This document shows positions 10,315 to 19,486 of a DNA stretch of 29,656 bases, in pieces. The translations under genes were made by a program, and so were the position numbers. The DNA is from a bacterium. Lineage in GTDB: Bacteria > Zhuqueibacterota > Zhuqueibacteria > Oceanimicrobiales > Oceanimicrobiaceae. Where the stretch lies: contig JBHHXT010000044.1 of the NCBI GenBank assembly GCA_046757165.1, positions 1 through 29,656 of the forward strand, read 5' to 3'. The notes under the pieces were generated by a model. The model made no database searches and was not told the DNA's origin. It saw only the letters and a program-made list of their open reading frames with translations. How positions within the stretch are numbered: the stretch's first letter is position 1; each line of letters opens with the position of its first letter.

Positions 10315-11763
10315 ATGTTTGAAACTGCGAAACGCTTCCTGAAGGTCCTGCTTCTCTCTGCGCTGGCGTTGGGTTGTGGCGATGGCCAGACCGGGCATCA
10401 GCACGGAACTCCGGCCCTGGAGAGCTTCACCTCCGTGAGCGACTCAATCCTGGGCCTGAATCCGCTTAGCGTTCAGGTTGCCGCTTTGGCAGACAGCGGC
10501 AATGTCGTCAGGCTTGCAGGCCGCTTGCGAGCATCCAATCTGCCCGTCTTTGTCTCCTCCGGACCCGAAGATGAGCTGTCGTCGCTTTTTCGCGTGCGGG
10601 TTGGCCCGTTCGCGAATGAAACAGAGGCATCTAAAGCGCTCGCCGCCGTGAAACAGCTCGGCTTCCTGGAAGCGTTTATCCACAACCATACTGATGAAAT
10701 CACGGCGGGCGAAACGCCCACTCTCGTGGCCGCTGCGGATACGGTCGTGCAGGAATTGCCGGTTAGCAAGAAGCGCCTCACCTCCCATGGGCGCTGCAGC
10801 TTTCCGAGGTGGTCGCCGACTGGCCGTGAGATCGCGTTCCTGAAAGATGAAAATGGGGCGAAGGGTCTCTACGCAGTCGGCACGGGCGGCGGGCGTTTTT
10901 CAAAAATCGTCGAGAAAAACGAAAGATTTGAGATTACCGGGGAATTTGCCTGGTCCCCTGACGGTCAACAGATCGCCTTCGTTGCCAACGAAATCACCTC
11001 CGGATTCCAGAGAGTTGAGACTTTGTACGTCGTCAACAAAGATGGCTCCGGCTTGAACCGGCTGTTGAATCAATCCCGGTTCGCCTTCAGGATCAAGAAT
11101 CTGACTTGGGCGCCAAACAAGAGGCATATTGCCTTTGAGGCAACGTTTGGCCGTACAGATGACTCTTCGGATGAGTTTCAACGGGTAAAGGTGCTTCGCC
11201 TGGCTCAAAGCGCCTTCGCTCAGGGTCTTCTCGATATGCCGGGCTCGAGGAAAACACAGCGCCTCGTGGGATGGCAATCTGCGCGAACACTACTGTTTCT
11301 TTCTTCGTATGACGAGAATCGTCACGGTGATTTCTTTTACGAGGTCCGTGGTTTTGATGTTGAAACACGGCAGGAATCGGTGCTCAGGCGTGGCCCGGCG
11401 GTGAGGAACTGCCGGAGCGCCACGCTTTTGCCGGACAGCAGTATCGTTATCTGCACGGCGTTCAGCAATCTCAGCAGCCGACGACCCGCCCGCATCGTCT
11501 CACTGAATTTGACCAGCGGGGAAAAGGTTCTCCTGTGCCAGGCCGACAGGGAGGTCACCTTCTTGTCAGACGCGGTTGTGGCGCCGAACGGTGAGGTCTT
11601 TTTCATCTATCAACAGCAACTGTGGGTGAACCATGCTACTGGCCGAAAAGCAATGATCGACATCGACGTGAGTCCTGCCCAATTCACCGTGTCTCCGTCC
11701 GGCTCCAGAATTTGCTTTCGACAAGACGGAGATTTATTCACCCTGAAGCTTGCGACAAAATAA
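10315..11763 (+). CDS. Lipoprotein with SPOR domain and TolB/PD40-like beta-propeller
   Basis: AGGAG RBS, then ATG at 10315. Lipobox LLLSALALG-C; SPOR-like SVQVAAL...FRVRVGPFANETEA...LGFLEAFI; PD40 repeats PRWSPTGREIAF, FAWSPDGQQIAF, LTWAPNKRHIAF, VSPSGSRICF. Confidence 0.8.
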   Translation: MFETAKRFLKVLLLSALALGCGDGQTGHQHGTPALESFTSVSDSILGLNPLSVQVAALADSGNVVRLAGRLRASNLPVFVSSGPEDELSSLFRVRVGPFANETEASKALAAVKQLGFLEAFIHNHTDEITAGETPTLVAAADTVVQELPVSKKRLTSHGRCSFPRWSPTGREIAFLKDENGAKGLYAVGTGGGRFSKIVEKNERFEITGEFAWSPDGQQIAFVANEITSGFQRVETLYVVNKDGSGLNRLLNQSRFAFRIKNLTWAPNKRHIAFEATFGRTDDSSDEFQRVKVLRLAQSAFAQGLLDMPGSRKTQRLVGWQSARTLLFLSSYDENRHGDFFYEVRGFDVETRQESVLRRGPAVRNCRSATLLPDSSIVICTAFSNLSSRRPARIVSLNLTSGEKVLLCQADREVTFLSDAVVAPNGEVFFIYQQQLWVNHATGRKAMIDIDVSPAQFTVSPSGSRICFRQDGDLFTLKLATK

Positions 11764-11791
11764 AAAAAGCCTGGCAAAAAGCGCCAGGCTT
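11762..11791 (-). terminator. Intrinsic terminator of the convergent SLT gene
   Basis: Stem AAGCCTGGC/GCCAGGCTT (11767-11775/11783-11791). The A-run at 11762-11768 gives a U-tract on the minus strand. Confidence 0.8.
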
Positions 11792-11817
11792 GCAAATTGG
11801 TGGAATATGCTCACAAG

Positions 11818-12492
11818 CTAATTCACTTGTTTGAAGGACTCGTACAACGACAGCACCGCCGGAACGTAGTTTTGTGTTTCCTCATACAGAATGCCGTTGG
11901 CTCGATTGAGCGCTAACCACATTTCAGCGCGCTTGCCGCCGCCGTTGTATGCCGCCAGTCCACCGTCGATCGCATACATCTCGATCAGGCTCGAGAGATA
12001 ACGGCTGCCCAGGCGGATATTGAGGACCGGGTCGAAAAGAACTTCCTCGGGTGAGGTCCAGTCAACATCCGCGATTCTTGCCAGGAACTCACCCGTCCCA
12101 GGCATGACTTGCATGAGACCAAGTGCGCCCGCTGGCGAGACGACCTGCGGATTCCAGGTAAACGCCGACTCATGCGTAATGGTCGCACAAATCAAGTCCA
12201 CATCCAGATTCTCGTATTTCATCGCGGCATCGCTTATTTCGCGGGCGATGTTATGCTTGAGCTCGGCAGGCATTTCCGGGTTGAACCGGTCAATGACCGA
12301 AAGAGCCTTCGCAATGTTGTCCTTGCGAATACGATCTATTTTCGCGATCGAAGTCAGCAACTTCGTTTCATTCTGCATGATATCAGCTTTGAACGCAAGT
12401 TGTTTGCCTTCGTTCAGATATTCAACCAACATAGCGGCTAACATGCAGCCGATTCCGACTGATGCGAGCATGATGTGCTTCTTGTTCTTCAA
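11818..12492 (-). CDS. Membrane-anchored lytic transglycosylase (SLT domain)
   Basis: Likely TTG start at 12492 after GGGAGGG (alternative start 12552). N-terminal TM helix, catalytic THESAF, SPAGALGLMQVMPGT, LFDPVLNIRLG, LAAYNGG, ETQNYV. Confidence 0.9.
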   Translation of the reverse strand: MKNKKHIMLASVGIGCMLAAMLVEYLNEGKQLAFKADIMQNETKLLTSIAKIDRIRKDNIAKALSVIDRFNPEMPAELKHNIAREISDAAMKYENLDVDLICATITHESAFTWNPQVVSPAGALGLMQVMPGTGEFLARIADVDWTSPEEVLFDPVLNIRLGSRYLSSLIEMYAIDGGLAAYNGGGKRAEMWLALNRANGILYEETQNYVPAVLSLYESFKQVN

Positions 12493-12534
12493 GTCTTTCC
12501 CTCCCAGGGTTGTTCGACTTACCTGTTTGATTAT

Positions 12535-12572
12535 AAAAAAAGAGAGAACCACAGCCTGGATCCTCTCTTTTT
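12535..12572 (-). terminator. Intrinsic terminator after the Omp85 gene
   Basis: Minus strand AGAGAGGATCCA-GGCTG-TGGTTCTCTCT followed by a T-run; A/T runs on both flanks. Confidence 0.6.
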
Positions 12573-12677
12573 AAGTTTCAATATACGAAGATGGTATGGC
12601 AAGAGTTCCCTGATTTCTTAGTATCAGTATAAATACCGCAATAAGCTGAAAACGGCGAAAGTTTGCACTCTTCTGGC

Positions 12678-15623
12678 TTAGTAATCAATCCCGATCGAAA
12701 AGAATGTCCCGGGGGCGCCATCTTCATGTTTGAGCGGGAAATCCCATCGGAGCACCAACAGCCCCCCCAAATTGAACCGGATCCCCAACCCATACGATGT
12801 TAAGGTGTTGTCAATGTCGAATCCTCGGACGTCATCCGCTATCAGGAAACTGTCTCTAAATATCAAGGTGCGGCCCCACACATTTGTTGCGTCAAAAAAG
12901 GCCACAGCCGTCAGAAAATCATACTGCATGGGCAGAAATGGAAAGGCCGGGAATCTGAGCTCCACGTTTTGGAAAATTGCCCGCGTCGAACGAAGCTCGC
13001 CAAAATCCTTTCCTCTGAAGGTAAAGGGGCCGCCGATGCCGAACAACCGTCTGTCCGGGCCCGTACTCGTTCCTGCTGACAATCGATAGGCGATAGAAAC
13101 GCGCGGAATATGCAGAGGGATATATTTCCGGTAATCGGCGAAGGCCAACGTCCATCGCAGATCTCCGATATTCTGACGAACACTGAAGCGCGCACGTGTC
13201 CCCGAAATGGGGGCTGAAAAGCCCCAGAAGGCCGTATCTCGGACCAGGGCTATCTCGGCGCCGGTATAGAACGCATTTCCCACCTCAGGGTTGTCCTGCG
13301 CGGTAATGAAATTCACCACATCTCTGTCCACAAAATAGACGTTCGTACTGAATTCCAATCTTGTGAACGGATTAAACGGTAAGGCAGCGCCGATGCCGAC
13401 CCCGCGGAAGATCTGGGTCTGGAATCCCACGCCGCCGCCGGAGGTAAAAAAGCCAAAATCATCTCGGAATTGGAATGCAGAAAAAGACCAGTTCAATCGG
13501 CGTCTTTGATTAAAATAGGTGGCGATCACAGTTGATTCCAGCGGGTCTCCGAAGAGGGCTGCTTGAATCAGCAAATTCTTATCGCCAAGCATATCGCTGA
13601 ACAGGAAAGCTGTCTGGCCAGCGAAACCCACGTTGGTTGCAAAGGCTCCGCCTCCGACGATGATGTCGGGCGTCAACTTTGACTTGTACGCAGAGAGCAG
13701 GAATTCCGCGCTGTCTGCTTTGGTAAATTCGCGGTACTTGTCATTGGGGTCCTCGAGCGTGCCCAGGACTTTGAATTCAACGCTATCGATCGGCACCCTT
13801 TCGTACTCATCGAGGGTATAAATATACCAGCCTGCATTCGAGAAAGCGCTGAAGGCCAGCCGGCCGGTTTCAGGGGCCAGCGTGATCGCGGGGCTCTCGG
13901 TGATGATACCTGAAACGCCGGTGATGAAATTGGTGATCCGGTACACCTGGCGGCTCTCCAGATCCAGAGCGTAGATATTGGGAATTCCGCTCATATCAGA
14001 GATGAACAAAACTTCATCCCCGTCTTTGCTCCAAACTGGATTGATGTGGTTGCCCCCGGTTTTGGTCAGAAGCTCGACCTCGCCGGTTTGAAGATCATAG
14101 AGCGCGATATTGTAGTTGCCAAAAATCAAGCTTTGCACGTCGGTATTCGGCCCACGGTCGGTGGTAAAAGCGATCTTCTTGCCGTCCGGAGACCACTGCG
14201 GGTGCAGGTGGGCGTGGCGGTTATTCGTAAGCCGGCGCAATTGCTCACCGTTCGCATCGGCCAAATACAGGTCCGAAATTCCGCCCTGTGTGCCCGAAAA
14301 AACCAGTTTGTCGCCATTCGGTGACCAGCTCGGTGCCGCCATGCCCGTCAGCTTCTCGAAAGACAATTTCTTGATGACTTTGTTTTTGCGGGCATCGACA
14401 ATATAAATGGCATCGGTCTTACCGGCCTTGGCAACAAAGGAGAATTGCTTACCATCCGGCGACCAGTTCATCGAGGTCGTGAAGTACCTCAACGTCTCAT
14501 AGCTTTGGCTGGAGCCGCTTTGCACCACCTTCTTTATCTTGTCATCGCGATAGCCGCGACCATTCTCATTCTTGACCAGCCCTCTCAGGAACATATTGAG
14601 GGTAAAATTCTTGTCGCCGATGTACGCCAGATTCTGGCCATCAGGAGAAATAGCCGGTACAATGTTCAGGCTTGTACAATCATAGCAAGGATCCGCGATG
14701 GGCTCTGCTACCTCTTCTGGTTTTTTCAACACAATATCCTGCGGCAGGTAGCGGGCGCGCGCATCATCTTGCCAGCGCTTGGATAGCTCAACGAGGTCGA
14801 GACCGGTGTGGGCTTTGAACGCGCGATTCAGGTCCGCAGTCGCACGGGCGGTCTTGAAGATACGGCCGACGACCTCCTTGCCATACCGCTCGCCAACGTA
14901 GTACCAAATGGCCTGTCCCATTCGGTACACACGAATATCAAAAACAAACGTCATCTCCGGAATTGACAGCAAGGTGTTATTCAAGACCGCATCCCGCATC
15001 CACATGCGAGTGATATTGTCCATGCCGACAGAAAGATACTCCGCCATTCCCTCGATGAACCACAAGGGCGGATTGAAGCGACGAATCACCTCCGACGGTC
15101 CATCGGCCAACATGATATCGAATTGGAACGCATGAACCATCTCGTGCGTCAGCACATGGATAAACTGCCCATAAGACCCCGTGATCGGCAGAATCATCCG
15201 GCCCTTGAGCGACTCCGTCACGCCTTGCGTGCCCTCACTGATGAAACTCTGGATGGCATTGGTCTGTTGAAAATCGTTGTGGGAAGCATAGAGCAGAAGA
15301 GGAATTTTTTGCTTGAATTTGTAGTCGAGAGTCTCGCTCAGGTAGGCGTACGACCGCTCTGCAATCTCGGCAGCATCCAAAGCTGCGCGGCGTTCTTCCT
15401 CATAAAAATAAAGATCGAAATGCTCCGTTTTGATGACGGACCACTCGAAAGTTTTGTAATGAACCTTGTTCTTGCCAAAACCGAAAATGTCGCCAAATTG
15501 GGCGTAGGCAGTGGAGGAAATGAACAGCAACATAATCAGCGGCAGTGTCTTGCTTACAGCGTTCATGCTCACTGTAAAGCCGTGGGCATTATTCTTCGCA
15601 TTCCCATTTGATCTATTCAGCAT
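12678..15623 (-). CDS. Omp85/BamA-superfamily outer-membrane protein with N-terminal zincin (peptidase MA-like) domain and PD40 beta-propeller
   Basis: AGGAGG RBS; signal peptide ending AYA-QF; HEMVH (15132-15146) plus WFIEGMAEY; repeats ISPDG, WSPDGKQF, WSPNGDKL, WSPDGKKIAF, WSKDG; barrel with FRGKDFG loop motif, NVELRFP, YGLGIRF and terminal FFSIGIDY beta-signal. Confidence 0.88.
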   Translation of the reverse strand: MLNRSNGNAKNNAHGFTVSMNAVSKTLPLIMLLFISSTAYAQFGDIFGFGKNKVHYKTFEWSVIKTEHFDLYFYEEERRAALDAAEIAERSYAYLSETLDYKFKQKIPLLLYASHNDFQQTNAIQSFISEGTQGVTESLKGRMILPITGSYGQFIHVLTHEMVHAFQFDIMLADGPSEVIRRFNPPLWFIEGMAEYLSVGMDNITRMWMRDAVLNNTLLSIPEMTFVFDIRVYRMGQAIWYYVGERYGKEVVGRIFKTARATADLNRAFKAHTGLDLVELSKRWQDDARARYLPQDIVLKKPEEVAEPIADPCYDCTSLNIVPAISPDGQNLAYIGDKNFTLNMFLRGLVKNENGRGYRDDKIKKVVQSGSSQSYETLRYFTTSMNWSPDGKQFSFVAKAGKTDAIYIVDARKNKVIKKLSFEKLTGMAAPSWSPNGDKLVFSGTQGGISDLYLADANGEQLRRLTNNRHAHLHPQWSPDGKKIAFTTDRGPNTDVQSLIFGNYNIALYDLQTGEVELLTKTGGNHINPVWSKDGDEVLFISDMSGIPNIYALDLESRQVYRITNFITGVSGIITESPAITLAPETGRLAFSAFSNAGWYIYTLDEYERVPIDSVEFKVLGTLEDPNDKYREFTKADSAEFLLSAYKSKLTPDIIVGGGAFATNVGFAGQTAFLFSDMLGDKNLLIQAALFGDPLESTVIATYFNQRRRLNWSFSAFQFRDDFGFFTSGGGVGFQTQIFRGVGIGAALPFNPFTRLEFSTNVYFVDRDVVNFITAQDNPEVGNAFYTGAEIALVRDTAFWGFSAPISGTRARFSVRQNIGDLRWTLAFADYRKYIPLHIPRVSIAYRLSAGTSTGPDRRLFGIGGPFTFRGKDFGELRSTRAIFQNVELRFPAFPFLPMQYDFLTAVAFFDATNVWGRTLIFRDSFLIADDVRGFDIDNTLTSYGLGIRFNLGGLLVLRWDFPLKHEDGAPGTFFSIGIDY

Positions 15624-15989
15624 TACAAAAATTCCTCCTTAAAAAAAGAATTAGTTTTACACCCGTAAACACAATAACAATTTATTCAAAAAAACCTTCC
15701 CAATCCACCATTTTATTGCACATAATACAATTAATTCAAAAGAGCGAGAGCCGTGTCTTTCCTACCAAAGAATACCTGACAGCGAGAAGAAATATTCCCA
15801 TTGTGTTGTTCCTGTTGCATTTTTGGAGATGGACGCCGCGCTCCCTCACGCACGATTTCCTGATTACTCATCGACCTGCCGAAGAATTCGGTGAACAAAA
15901 ACTGATTACTTTCTTGCAACCCACCCATCTTTGACCTTACCTGTTATTCGTTTCACTTGCTGGATTGGATTCGAACAGCGGACACTTTG

Positions 15990-16004
15990 GCCAAAATTGT
16001 GCCA
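15990..16004 (-). promoter_or_regulatory. Possible sigma54 -24/-12 element facing the Omp85 gene
   Basis: Minus strand TGGCAC-AATTT-TGGC; GG and GC at the canonical spacing, one mismatch in TTGC. Confidence 0.35.
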
Positions 16005-16038
16005 AAAAAAATCGCCAGGTGATTTCACCTGGCGATTT
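16004..16038 (-). terminator. Intrinsic terminator after the 72-aa ORF
   Basis: 13-bp stem AAATCGCCAGGTG/CACCTGGCGATTT (16009-16021/16026-16038) with a U-tract on the minus strand (A8 at 16004-16011). Confidence 0.85.
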
Positions 16039-16101
16039 GACTCGGCGCTTAAAGATCCGGAGCGCTATCAATGAGCGCTGTACAAGCAAGATGATTTTGG
16101 T

Positions 16102-16320
16102 CTACGCAGACGCCGGTTCATTTTCGGCTCTTCTTTTGAAATAGCCAGATCTGAACTCGTCAGCATGTCCTTCGGAAATCCACAGCATGGCAGCTTCCTG
16201 GAACGAAACGCTCTCCCGGCTTTGCTGGGAGATGGTTAGACGAAAGGTTTCAATCTCCATCAACTGCAGAGACATATAGTCAGATTGGTTGAAGTGCTTG
16301 TCTCGCATTTTGACCACCAT
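16102..16320 (-). CDS. Small hypothetical protein (72 aa, or 68 aa from the second Met)
   Basis: Sits between a sigma54-like promoter and a strong terminator and overlaps no other gene. Helical pattern LQLMEIETFR...SFQEAAMLWISEGHADEFR. Confidence 0.7.
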   Translation of the reverse strand: MVVKMRDKHFNQSDYMSLQLMEIETFRLTISQQSRESVSFQEAAMLWISEGHADEFRSGYFKRRAENEPASA

Positions 16321-16382
16321 CGATTTATTTTCGTGTGCAAATCTGTCAATTTTCTGCGACTATCATAGTCGCAAGTTCTTAT

Positions 16383-16398
16383 TGCAAGAAACATACCA
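16383..16398 (-). promoter_or_regulatory. Sigma54 (-24/-12) promoter of the small ORF
   Basis: Minus strand TGGTAT-GTTTC-TTGCA, close to consensus TGGCAC-N5-TTGCW with exact GG-N10-GC spacing, about 60 nt upstream of the ATG. Confidence 0.65.
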
Positions 16399-16588
16399 GC
16401 GATAATGTTGTTCATCCCGGGATAGTGGCCCTACCTTAATGGATTATTATTATTTATCTTAACGGCCGTCGCTCACGCCTCTCGTCTTTTCCTCCGTCTC
16501 ACACGCGCTGTTTAACATCGAACACATCGTGACAGGGTGTTTCATGCCCCAACGCTGTGATACCCGACATATCTTCCGAATGGAGCGC

Positions 16589-19444
16589 TTAGTCTGACAC
16601 CACGCCTCCCCGCACGACGCCTTCTGCGTAGCAATGGGTATCGAAATATCTGCGGACCGCCTCCAGAATCATCTCGCTGTCCACCTGGCGCAACCTCTCA
16701 GGCAGCTGGTCGACGGCCTCGAAGCCTTTGCCCTGACACTCGCTGTGGGCGTACTGCGTCATCTGAGCTGCGCAAGTCTCCAGACCGATCTGATGTGTCC
16801 CAACGGTAAACTGGATTGCCCGTCCGAGCTCATCATCCGAAACGGGCTCTCTCGTCAGTTTTTCGAATTCCCGCAGCAGTGCGTCTCTGGCGGTCCTTTC
16901 TTTTTCCGGCGAGGTCGCGATGTATGAGAAGAACGTACCGCCAAGCTGTCTGGCAACCAGGTATGCAGAGACCGTATACGCAAGGCTTTGCCGGCCGCGC
17001 AGCTCTTCAAAAAACCGCCCGCCCAGACCGGACACGACGTTTTGCACAATACGGAGCGCGAAGTATTCCTCCTCCGTACACTTCGGCCCAGGAAATCCGA
17101 GCACCAAAGCTGTCTGCTTTTTCTCCCTTGCCTCTATTCTGGACTCTATTGTTTGAATTTTGTCAGGTTCAACCGGGGTCCCAACGGGAGCATCTTTGCT
17201 ACCGGACTCTCCCGGTGGGGAGAATGATGGGTGTGCCCGGGCCACCGGACTTCTGTCTGGCTTGTCCGAAGGGGTCGCTCCAGCCGCGATTTCAGCTCGG
17301 GAGGGAGCGCCCGGCCTGGCATGCGACCTCGTTCCAGGCAGCTTGCTAAATCCGGCGGCTACCCGGTCCTTCAGACGTTCAGTCTCTACGTCTCCGACCA
17401 CTACGATCGTTAACTTGTCCGCGCAAAAATGGTCAAAGTGCCAGGATTGAAGATCCTCACGTGAGAAGCTGACCACCGATTCCGGTGTTCCGAGGACAGG
17501 CAGTCCGTAAGCATGGCCGGGGAAGATCGCAGAACAAAATAGTTGCACGGGATAACGAAACATATCATCCCGGAGGCGCTGAAGGTGGGCCAGAGTCTGC
17601 TCCTTTTCCTTCCTGAGCTCCTGGTCTGGAAACGAAGGTGTGGTCAAAATATCTGTCAAAATCTCCCAGCCTCTGTCGAAATGGCGCGACAGAATGTTCA
17701 GGGTACAGCTGAAGGTGTCCGGATCGCTGGAAACAGAGAGGCTTGTGCCCAGACGTTCGATTTCAACAGCGATTTGCTGTGCGCTGCGGTTGTGGGTCCC
17801 TTTCAGGGCCATGCGGGCACTCAGGCTGCTGATGCCGGCAATGTCCGGCGTTTCCCGACATCGTCCTCCCGCGGCAAACACGCCGACAGAAACCAGCGGC
17901 AGGCGATGACTCTCTTTGACTAGCAGCTTCGCGCCATTGTCCAGCACGTACCGAATCATTTCCTTTTCTTCACCAGCAGACGGAATGAAGATCGTAGGCT
18001 TTGCCACGACTGATGAGGGTGGGTCCGGTGCAGAAGCCGGCTTGCCCTGGGTTGCGAAACATGCGCGCAACGACTGCTCCATTTGTTCTGCTGTCAGTTC
18101 CGTTGTCGAGGCCGGAGCGGCTGCTTTCACTGAGACTTCTCGCCCCTCCGCGCTCCAGGGCTCCGGCAGGCTCCGAGATGATCCGGCCTCGTCAGGCGAG
18201 CCTTTTGGCACGTACTCAAAGATACTGCAATTGTCTAGTTTCAGGTACTTGCGCGCCACTGCCAGAATGTCGTCGGGCGTCACGTGATGGAGTTTCTGCA
18301 TATAGTCTTCAACAAGATGGTAGCCGCCAAGCGCCTCATAACTGGCGAGCAGCTTCGCCTGCCCCGCAACAGATTGCAGGGTGGAAACATAGAGTGCCTG
18401 CAAGTGATTTCTGGTTTTTTCCAGCTCCTCCTGAGTGACGGGTTGTTCCTTCAAACGGGCGAGCTCTTTGGCTACGGCTTGCTCGGCCCGGCGTAGCTTG
18501 CGAAATTCCGCCCCAACTTCTACCAGAAAGATCCCCACGCTTTGCAGCGAGTAGTTGTAAGCGGTTATGGTGTTGACGAGACGTTGGCTTTCTTTGACCT
18601 CTTGATAGAGCCGGGAACTCCGGCCCTGGCCCAGGAGGAAAGCAACCGTCTCGAGGGCGTAGGTGTCATCATGAAACATCCCGGGCGTATGAAAGCCGAC
18701 AGTCGCGTGGCTCTGCTTGATGTCGCCTTCCAGATGGGCATAGCGAAAACGTGTCTGCTCTGGCTCGGATGGCGAATCTTCCTTTTTCAGGGTGCCTCTT
18801 TCGAAGGGTTCATAATATCGGGTGATCTCCTGCCGCGCGGTATCGGTGTCGATGTCGCCGACGACAACGAGAATGATGTTTTCCGGGCGATAGAGATTTC
18901 TGTGGAAGGTGACAAAATCGTCCCGGGTGAGCGCCCGCAGCCCTGCTTCCGTGCCGATGCGCCACCGCCCCATCCTGTGTTTATCGAAAGCGAGCGCAAA
19001 CAGTTTTTCCCGGCACACGGCGGTCGGCGTATCCAGTTTCCGCTTCGCCTCCTGGATGACCACTTCGGTCTCCTTTTGCAGCTCTTCGGGGTCGAACACA
19101 GAATTCATCAACGCGTCCGACTGAATTGCCAGGCCCTGAGCAAAACAACTGCTGGGCAGGACGGTGTAGTACAGCGTGTGATCGTAGATCGTGCTCGCGT
19201 TCAAATAGCCGCCCAGGGCTTTTGTCTGTATCGCAATCTGCCCCACCCCGCGCTCGCGAGTGCCCTTAAAGAACATGTGCTCGATCAAATGGGAGATCCC
19301 GACTCTGTCATCTGATTCGTCGAAGTAGCCTGCTTCGACGTAAGTAAAAATCGCCACCACAGGAGCAGCGTGGTTTTCCTTGACCAACACGGTCAAGCCA
19401 TTGTCCAGGACAAACTTCGAAACCCCATCACTTATTCTGGTCAT
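16589..19444 (-). CDS. M16 (pitrilysin/insulinase family) zinc peptidase, two-half fusion, no signal peptide
   Basis: Start MTRISDG at 19444 after GAGGAA. FVLDNGLTVLV, inverted zinc motif HLIEH (19277-19291), second half YVLDNGAKLLV lacking HxxEH, RFFEELRGRQSLAY. Confidence 0.93.
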   Translation of the reverse strand: MTRISDGVSKFVLDNGLTVLVKENHAAPVVAIFTYVEAGYFDESDDRVGISHLIEHMFFKGTRERGVGQIAIQTKALGGYLNASTIYDHTLYYTVLPSSCFAQGLAIQSDALMNSVFDPEELQKETEVVIQEAKRKLDTPTAVCREKLFALAFDKHRMGRWRIGTEAGLRALTRDDFVTFHRNLYRPENIILVVVGDIDTDTARQEITRYYEPFERGTLKKEDSPSEPEQTRFRYAHLEGDIKQSHATVGFHTPGMFHDDTYALETVAFLLGQGRSSRLYQEVKESQRLVNTITAYNYSLQSVGIFLVEVGAEFRKLRRAEQAVAKELARLKEQPVTQEELEKTRNHLQALYVSTLQSVAGQAKLLASYEALGGYHLVEDYMQKLHHVTPDDILAVARKYLKLDNCSIFEYVPKGSPDEAGSSRSLPEPWSAEGREVSVKAAAPASTTELTAEQMEQSLRACFATQGKPASAPDPPSSVVAKPTIFIPSAGEEKEMIRYVLDNGAKLLVKESHRLPLVSVGVFAAGGRCRETPDIAGISSLSARMALKGTHNRSAQQIAVEIERLGTSLSVSSDPDTFSCTLNILSRHFDRGWEILTDILTTPSFPDQELRKEKEQTLAHLQRLRDDMFRYPVQLFCSAIFPGHAYGLPVLGTPESVVSFSREDLQSWHFDHFCADKLTIVVVGDVETERLKDRVAAGFSKLPGTRSHARPGAPSRAEIAAGATPSDKPDRSPVARAHPSFSPPGESGSKDAPVGTPVEPDKIQTIESRIEAREKKQTALVLGFPGPKCTEEEYFALRIVQNVVSGLGGRFFEELRGRQSLAYTVSAYLVARQLGGTFFSYIATSPEKERTARDALLREFEKLTREPVSDDELGRAIQFTVGTHQIGLETCAAQMTQYAHSECQGKGFEAVDQLPERLRQVDSEMILEAVRRYFDTHCYAEGVVRGGVVSD

Positions 19445-19461
19445 AGATTCCTCGGATTTAC

Positions 19462-19486
19462 AAAAAAGGCGCACATGAGTGCGCCT
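19462..19486 (-). terminator. Intrinsic terminator after the SLT-LysM gene
   Basis: Stem AGGCGCAC-ATGA-GTGCGCCT (19467-19486) with T6 on the minus strand. Confidence 0.75.

Noticed and set aside
12678..15623. Naming the Omp85 gene bamA or tamA
   Set aside because: No POTRA domains; the periplasmic part is zincin plus propeller.
15731..15928. 65-aa ORF upstream of the Omp85 gene
   Set aside because: No motif, weak RBS and unconvincing composition; not listed as a CDS.
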